DNA of 64,000 nucleotides from an uncultured candidatus Porisulfidus sp. (GTDB lineage Bacteria; Pseudomonadota; Gammaproteobacteria; Poriferisulfidales; Oxydemutatoraceae): NCBI GenBank assembly GCA_965215125.1, contig OZ244052.1, positions 1,632,001 to 1,696,000 of the forward strand, read 5' to 3'. Shown piece by piece: positions 58,592 to 64,000 of this stretch (position 1 is its first letter; each line of letters starts with the position of its first letter). The notes under the pieces were generated by a model. It saw only the letters and a program-made list of their open reading frames with translations, ran no database searches and was not told where the DNA came from. The position numbers and the translations under genes were made by a program.

Positions 58592-58618
58592 CCATTCCCT
58601 TCCTTCGGGGGGGAATGG
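58592..58618. repeat. Family B hairpin in the divergent glnS/giant-gene spacer
   Basis: CCATTCCCTTCC-TTC-GGGGGGGAATGG. Confidence 0.5.
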
Positions 58619-58667
58619 CTTGCTTCTACGGTTCATGGAATACTTTTTCAACTGTCGGTGAAGGAGG

Positions 58668-58676
58668 TGGTATAAT
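58668..58676 (+). promoter_or_regulatory. Possible extended -10 promoter (TGnTATAAT)
   Basis: TGGTATAAT lies ~40 nt upstream of the ATG at 58717, which has a strong SD. Confidence 0.4.
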
Positions 58677-58787
58677 AAAAACTTAATTAAATTTTAGACC
58701 TGAAAGGAGGGAGGTCATGAAATTTAAGACGACAATATCGGATTGGTAAAAGCGCATCGCTACATCTTTGCGAACTTTGAAAAAATC

Positions 58788-61700
58788 ATGAAATTTAAGA
58801 TGTCAAAATCGGATAGTGCTCCGAGAATAATCGGACGGTTTCTTTTGATCGTTTTTCTACTTGTGATTGGCGGGGTACAAATTGTGTCGGCACAGACAAC
58901 CTTACCGTTATGTACTACTTCATTAGACATCCCCGACGATAACGACGTCGTAGTTCAAGCTATGGATATTGATAAAAATAACAACGGTTTGATAGAGATT
59001 TGTGACTTGGAGGGGCTTCATGCAATGCGCTATCGCTTGAATGGCTCGGGTTATCAGGAAAATGCCGATGCAACGGTAATAATGAATGGTTGTGCCCCCG
59101 GTGGATGCAAGGGTTACGAGCTAACTAGGAGTTTGGACTTCAGCGATGACGATAGCTATCGGACAACAGCCAACAAAGTAATATGGACAAGTGGTAACGG
59201 TTGGCAACCGATCGGTAACTTTGCTAATTCTTTCAACGCAGTGTTTGAAGGCAACGGCTATACGATTTCCAATCTTATGATAAACGTCGTTAATAATACT
59301 GAGACAGGCTTGTTCGGTAATACGGCAAGCGGAGCTAGAATTACTAGTATTGGTCTGCTCAATGTAAATATTCTAGGGTTTCAATTTATGGGCAGTTTGG
59401 TCGGTGACAATGGCGGGACCATCATAAACAGCTATGCGACAGGTACTATAAAGAATGAGAGGGAGGAGGCGGTTTCGGTACATGTAGGTGGTTTGGCCGG
59501 TTTTAATAACGGCATCATCTCTTACAGCTATGCCGCAGTAGATGTTGAAGATAATGTTGATCGCTTTAATAATGTAGGTGGTTTGGCCGGTTTTAATAAC
59601 GGCATCATCTCTTATAGCTATGCGGCGGGTTCCGTTACAGCCGAGAATGGTTCTATAGGTGGTTTAGTCGGTGAAAATGGCGGCACCATCATAAACAGCT
59701 ATGCGACAGGCGATGTTAAAGAGACTCCCGGTAATCCTTTTAATAATGTAGGTGGTTTAGTCGGTCGGAATGCTTTAGACAGTTACATTACAAACAGCTA
59801 TGCGGCGGGAAATACCGAGGGTATTTTTAGGTCCGATGTGGGTGGTTTAGTCGGTGAAAATGAATTTGGTACTATTAGTGGTAGTTATTGGTTAAAGGAA
59901 ACGGGTTCTATGCTTGTTGCCATAGATAATTACAATGGGGGTCCTCCGCTCGAGTATGTTGCAGGACAAACCGCCGAGGATCTCAAATCGCCTACCACGG
60001 CAACCGGCATATATAGTAGCTGGAATTTTAGGGTATGGGATTTCGGCACCTCGGGTCAACTCCCCGTACTCAAAGGTATGGATGGCAGCACTTTGCTACC
60101 CGGGCAAGGTGTTGGTTTGAGGAACCTGGAGGTATTAGCCGGGAATATGAAATTGGTTTTAGATCCGGTTTTAACGGACTCGGAACGCTATTATACCGTT
60201 GGTATTCCCTCGGGTATAGAAAATGTCAATCTGAGATTGAGGTCCTATAACACCACTGCGACAATTAAAGTGGTTAAACAAGGAGAGGTTTCCCTCAACG
60301 ATTATTTCTCCGGCAAAGGTAGCAGGGGGCAAAGCAGCCCTATTCGTGTAGACCAAGACATTGAGACGGTGGTCATCTCGGTCACCGAAGCCGATGGCGG
60401 CACCGTTTCTTACACTATGTACTTGTTAAAAGAAAGGCAAGTGGCGATATCCGAGAACGGTATGATAGATACCGACAACATCGTGGACGAAGGAAGTACG
60501 ATTACTCTAGAGGGTGTTATTGTCGGTGGCAGTGGAAACTATGGTTATGAATGGGTGATAACGGCAGACGAACCGTTGATATTGTCCGGCACTTCTACCG
60601 CTTCACCGAGTTTTACAATCCCCGGCGACTACATAAAATCGGCCACTTCTACGAGTACCGATATCGAAATCCTATTCACTCGTATAGATAACGATGATTC
60701 ATCATCTATTGCATTAAGCAAAACGATAACGATTAGAAAGAAAAATAACGGTGCGCCTGCTCTTGATTCAGGTTTGACGGTGAGTGGTTTCACCTTGAGT
60801 TTTGACCGGACGAAAGTATCGGATGCGGACGGTATCGTCACCATAGACACATACCAATGGCAGAAGCGGGACATAGATGAAGGTAACTGGTCGGACATTT
60901 CCGCGGCAACAACTTCCGGCTATACGTTGGTGCCGTCCGACCGGAATAAGAATGACAGACTTTATCGCGTGCGGTTGAGTTATACCGATGCCCAAGGTTA
61001 TGAGGGGATCGGATATGTGATAGCCATCGGTTTTAGAGTGGATGTTGATACCGACGACGACGGTCTTATAGAGATTTATTATCTAGAGCATTTGGATGCG
61101 ATACGCTACGATTTGGGCGGCACGCACTATACAGCAACGTCCGGGGCTGTGGGGATTAACCAAGGCTGCAAGGCGGATGGTTGCAGCGGCTACGAGTTGC
61201 TAAGGAGCTTGGACTTCAATGACGATACAAGCTATGCTTCAACTTCCAATAAAACATTATGGACACAAACAGGTGCTGAATCCGGTTGGCAACCGATCGG
61301 TGACTTTTCTAATACTTTCAACGCAACATTTGAAGGTAACGACTACACGATATCTAATCTTATAATCAATCGTAATATCGTTTACGTGGGCTTGTTCGGT
61401 TATACCGGAAGTAACAGCACTATTACCTCCGTCGGTTTATTAGATATAGATATTAGCGGGGTAAGTGTCGTAGGCGGTTTGGCCGGTCGGAATAATGGTT
61501 CCATCGTAGGTAGCTACGCGATAGGTTCTGTTGTAGGTACAGCGGAGCGGGTTAATAACTTATCTATGGGTGGTCTAGTTGGTTGGAATGCCGGTTCCAT
61601 CATAGGCAGTCATGCTATGGGAAATGTTGAAGGTACGGGGGATGTCGGTATAAGTATAGGAGGTCTGGTCGGTGTTGACGGTTTAAGTTCCGGTTCCATT

Positions 61701-64000
61701 ACAAACAGCTATGCGGCAGGTTCTGTCACGGGTATAGGTTTAGCCGCAAGTGGTGATTATGTAGGTGGTTTAATCGGTCTATTGCGTGGTGGTGAGGGCA
61801 TCACGAACAGCTATGCGACGGGGGATGTTGAAGTTAGAGGAGCTATTAATGCAGGTAGTTTAGCAGGCTTCGCCAACAATGCCATCACGAACAGCTATGC
61901 GACGGGTTCTGTCACGGGTACGGAGTCTGCTAACATAGGTGGTTTGATCGGTTCAGTCAGTAATCAAGATCTTATTAGCTATAGTTATTGGCTAAAGGAA
62001 GCGGATTCTATGCTTAGCGATTTAAGCACGGGTGAATTGCTTTCGTATACCGCAGGACGAACTGCGGAGGAACTCAAATCACCTACCGAACCGGGAAGGA
62101 CTCGAACCGATGTTTATTACAGATGGGATACGAGAAGTTGGGATTTCGGCACTGCGGATCAATTCCCGGCACTCAAAGCCTCGGACGGCGATACTTTTTT
62201 ACCCGGTCAGAGAACGGGGTTGAGAGAATTAGAAATATTAACGGCCGGTGCGGGGTTGACTCCGGCTTTCGGAGCATCGACAAGCCGTTATGTTATGTCT
62301 ATTTCTCCCGGTACGGACAGTATCGATCTGAGATTGAGGACATATAACATCAATGCGACGGTTAAAATTGTCACAGAAGAAGATCCCACCGTTGATTATT
62401 TCGTCGACAAGGGTAGCAGCGGGCAAAGTGACCCTATTCCTGTAGATGCCGATACTGTACTGGTCATCACGGTCGCCGAATCTAATGCTCATGTGACTTT
62501 TTATCGGATTGTGCTGATAGAGACAGCCTTGCCGCCTTGTACTACTTCCTTATTAAACACCTACACCGATAGCGACGGTGTAGATCAAGCTATGGATATT
62601 GACAAGGACGGCGATGGCTTGATAGAGATCTGTGACTTGGAGGGGCTTCATGCAATGCGCTATCAACCCGATGGTAAGGGTTATAAGGCAGATGCCGATG
62701 CAATGAAAATAACACAAGGTTGTCCCCCCGGCGGTTGCACGGGTTTTGAGCTGACCATGAGCTTGGACTTCATGGGGGACGCGAGTTATCGCGCAACAAC
62801 GAACAAAGCGATATACACGGTTGCCGATTACAACGATAGCAACGATGAAGGCTGGCAACCGATCGGGAACTCTTCCGATGCTTTCGGCACAAAATTTGAA
62901 GGCAACGGCTATGCGATATCTAATCTTATGATCAACAGAGTTGGCACCGATGATGTAGGCTTGTTCGGTTATACGATCGGTGCGGCTGAAATTGCTAATC
63001 TGAGTTTGCTTGATGTGCATATCATAGGAGATAACAACGTAGGCAGTTTAGTCGGTGATAATCAAGGCACCGTTACGAACAGCTACGCAAAGGGTTCCGT
63101 TTCGGGGCCTGGTGGGGTGGGCGGTTTAGTTGGTCGCAATGGTTCCGGTGGTTTCATCACGAACAGCTATGTAATGGGAGATGTTACCGGGTCTAGTGGG
63201 GTGGGCGGTTTAGTTGGTCGCAATGGTTCCGGTGGTTCCATCACGAACAGCTATGTAATGGGAGATGTTACCGGGTCTAGTGGGGTGGGCGGTTTAGTTG
63301 GTAGTAATCAAGGCACCATCAGATATAGTTATTCACTAAAGGAAACGGGCTCTAGTCTTAATAGTATAGGTTCCGGCCTGCAGCTCTCTTATGAGGCAAG
63401 GCGAACTGCCGCGATGCTCAAATCACCTACCGAACCAGGGACTACCCAAACCGATGTTTATTACGGATGGGATACGAGAAGTTGGGATTTCGGAACCGCG
63501 GATCAATTCCCGATACTCAAAGTCTCGGGTAGCGATACTTTGCTACTCGGTCAGGGAATAGGTTTGCGGACATTAGAAATATCAACAGCCGGTGCGAAAT
63601 TGAATCCGACCTTCGGAGCATCGACAACCCATTATGTTATAGCTAGCAAAGCGGATAGCATCGTTCTGGAATTGAGTGCCTATAATCCCGATGCGACGAT
63701 TAAAATCGTTACAGAAGCAGATCCCTCCGTTGATTATTTTGACGGCGAGGGTGGTAGTGGTCGGAGCACTCCTATTACCATAAACGGCAGGTCTGTGTTG
63801 GTCATCACGGTTAGCGAATCTAATGCCCGAATGACTTCCTATCGGATCGTGTTGATACGGACACCCTTGCCGCCATGCACTGCTTTCTTCTTAGACACCT
63901 ACATCGATAGCGACGGTGTAGACCAAGTTATGGATATTGACAAGGACGGCAACGGTTTGATAGAGATCTGTGACTTGGAGGGGCTTCATTCAATGCGCTA
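58788..64000 (+). CDS. Giant secreted GLUG-repeat modular protein, partial (runs off the window, >1737 aa)
   Basis: Absent from the ORF track, apparently because there is no in-window stop; frame spot-checked at four positions. Starts MKFKMSKSDSAPRIIGRFLLIVFLLVIGGVQIVSA-Q. D[IV]DxxxxGLIEI module starts at ~58965, 61041, 62594 and 63932 are all in the same frame. 84-bp GLUG repeats at 63114-63302. Confidence 0.85.
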   Translation, partial: MKFKMSKSDSAPRIIGRFLLIVFLLVIGGVQIVSAQTTLPLCTTSLDIPDDNDVVVQAMDIDKNNNGLIEICDLEGLHAMRYRLNGSGYQENADATVIMNGCAPGGCKGYELTRSLDFSDDDSYRTTANKVIWTSGNGWQPIGNFANSFNAVFEGNGYTISNLMINVVNNTETGLFGNTASGARITSIGLLNVNILGFQFMGSLVGDNGGTIINSYATGTIKNEREEAVSVHVGGLAGFNNGIISYSYAAVDVEDNVDRFNNVGGLAGFNNGIISYSYAAGSVTAENGSIGGLVGENGGTIINSYATGDVKETPGNPFNNVGGLVGRNALDSYITNSYAAGNTEGIFRSDVGGLVGENEFGTISGSYWLKETGSMLVAIDNYNGGPPLEYVAGQTAEDLKSPTTATGIYSSWNFRVWDFGTSGQLPVLKGMDGSTLLPGQGVGLRNLEVLAGNMKLVLDPVLTDSERYYTVGIPSGIENVNLRLRSYNTTATIKVVKQGEVSLNDYFSGKGSRGQSSPIRVDQDIETVVISVTEADGGTVSYTMYLLKERQVAISENGMIDTDNIVDEGSTITLEGVIVGGSGNYGYEWVITADEPLILSGTSTASPSFTIPGDYIKSATSTSTDIEILFTRIDNDDSSSIALSKTITIRKKNNGAPALDSGLTVSGFTLSFDRTKVSDADGIVTIDTYQWQKRDIDEGNWSDISAATTSGYTLVPSDRNKNDRLYRVRLSYTDAQGYEGIGYVIAIGFRVDVDTDDDGLIEIYYLEHLDAIRYDLGGTHYTATSGAVGINQGCKADGCSGYELLRSLDFNDDTSYASTSNKTLWTQTGAESGWQPIGDFSNTFNATFEGNDYTISNLIINRNIVYVGLFGYTGSNSTITSVGLLDIDISGVSVVGGLAGRNNGSIVGSYAIGSVVGTAERVNNLSMGGLVGWNAGSIIGSHAMGNVEGTGDVGISIGGLVGVDGLSSGSITNSYAAGSVTGIGLAASGDYVGGLIGLLRGGEGITNSYATGDVEVRGAINAGSLAGFANNAITNSYATGSVTGTESANIGGLIGSVSNQDLISYSYWLKEADSMLSDLSTGELLSYTAGRTAEELKSPTEPGRTRTDVYYRWDTRSWDFGTADQFPALKASDGDTFLPGQRTGLRELEILTAGAGLTPAFGASTSRYVMSISPGTDSIDLRLRTYNINATVKIVTEEDPTVDYFVDKGSSGQSDPIPVDADTVLVITVAESNAHVTFYRIVLIETALPPCTTSLLNTYTDSDGVDQAMDIDKDGDGLIEICDLEGLHAMRYQPDGKGYKADADAMKITQGCPPGGCTGFELTMSLDFMGDASYRATTNKAIYTVADYNDSNDEGWQPIGNSSDAFGTKFEGNGYAISNLMINRVGTDDVGLFGYTIGAAEIANLSLLDVHIIGDNNVGSLVGDNQGTVTNSYAKGSVSGPGGVGGLVGRNGSGGFITNSYVMGDVTGSSGVGGLVGRNGSGGSITNSYVMGDVTGSSGVGGLVGSNQGTIRYSYSLKETGSSLNSIGSGLQLSYEARRTAAMLKSPTEPGTTQTDVYYGWDTRSWDFGTADQFPILKVSGSDTLLLGQGIGLRTLEISTAGAKLNPTFGASTTHYVIASKADSIVLELSAYNPDATIKIVTEADPSVDYFDGEGGSGRSTPITINGRSVLVITVSESNARMTSYRIVLIRTPLPPCTAFFLDTYIDSDGVDQVMDIDKDGNGLIEICDLEGLHSMR

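Noticed and set aside
59935-63020. Short ORFs listed in the 59.9-63 kb region
   Set aside because: They are out-of-frame or antisense fragments within the single long ORF starting at 58788.

Overview
Chromosomal window from a Gammaproteobacterium that is probably animal-associated (inference from gene content). Housekeeping genes are htpX, epmB/efp/epmA, cysM, dapE/dapD/map, prfB (with its programmed +1 frameshift), lysS and glnS. The rest is a large load of accessory, surface- or host-directed genes. (1) A tandem array of three ~3100-3540 aa Sec-exported GLUG/Ig-like modular proteins occupies 1.4-32.4 kb, and the third is split by a clean IS481-family insertion. The family also has a single-module member and a fifth giant member that runs off the right edge. 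The four members with visible ends share a C-terminal (R/K)V(F/L)LEGx(I/L)Q tag, and the paralogs show segmental sequence exchange. (2) A pair of adjacent proteins at 49.1-52.4 kb share an N-terminal FxG[RK]xV leader and carry dense arrays of metazoan-type SH2 (YEEI/YEEV, YxxM, YxN) and SH3 (PxxPx[RK]) ligand motifs. They are candidate translocated signalling-mimic effectors and the most striking observation. (3) A CLCA-like HExxH metalloprotease-VWA protein with a GlyGly-CTERM anchor and a partner gene lie between epmB and efp. (4) A GT77/PF03407-like glycosyltransferase follows lysS. Several REP-like palindrome families are dispersed through the spacers. No rRNA, tRNA or CRISPR array was recognised. 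All family assignments come from motif recognition by eye; no database searches were run.
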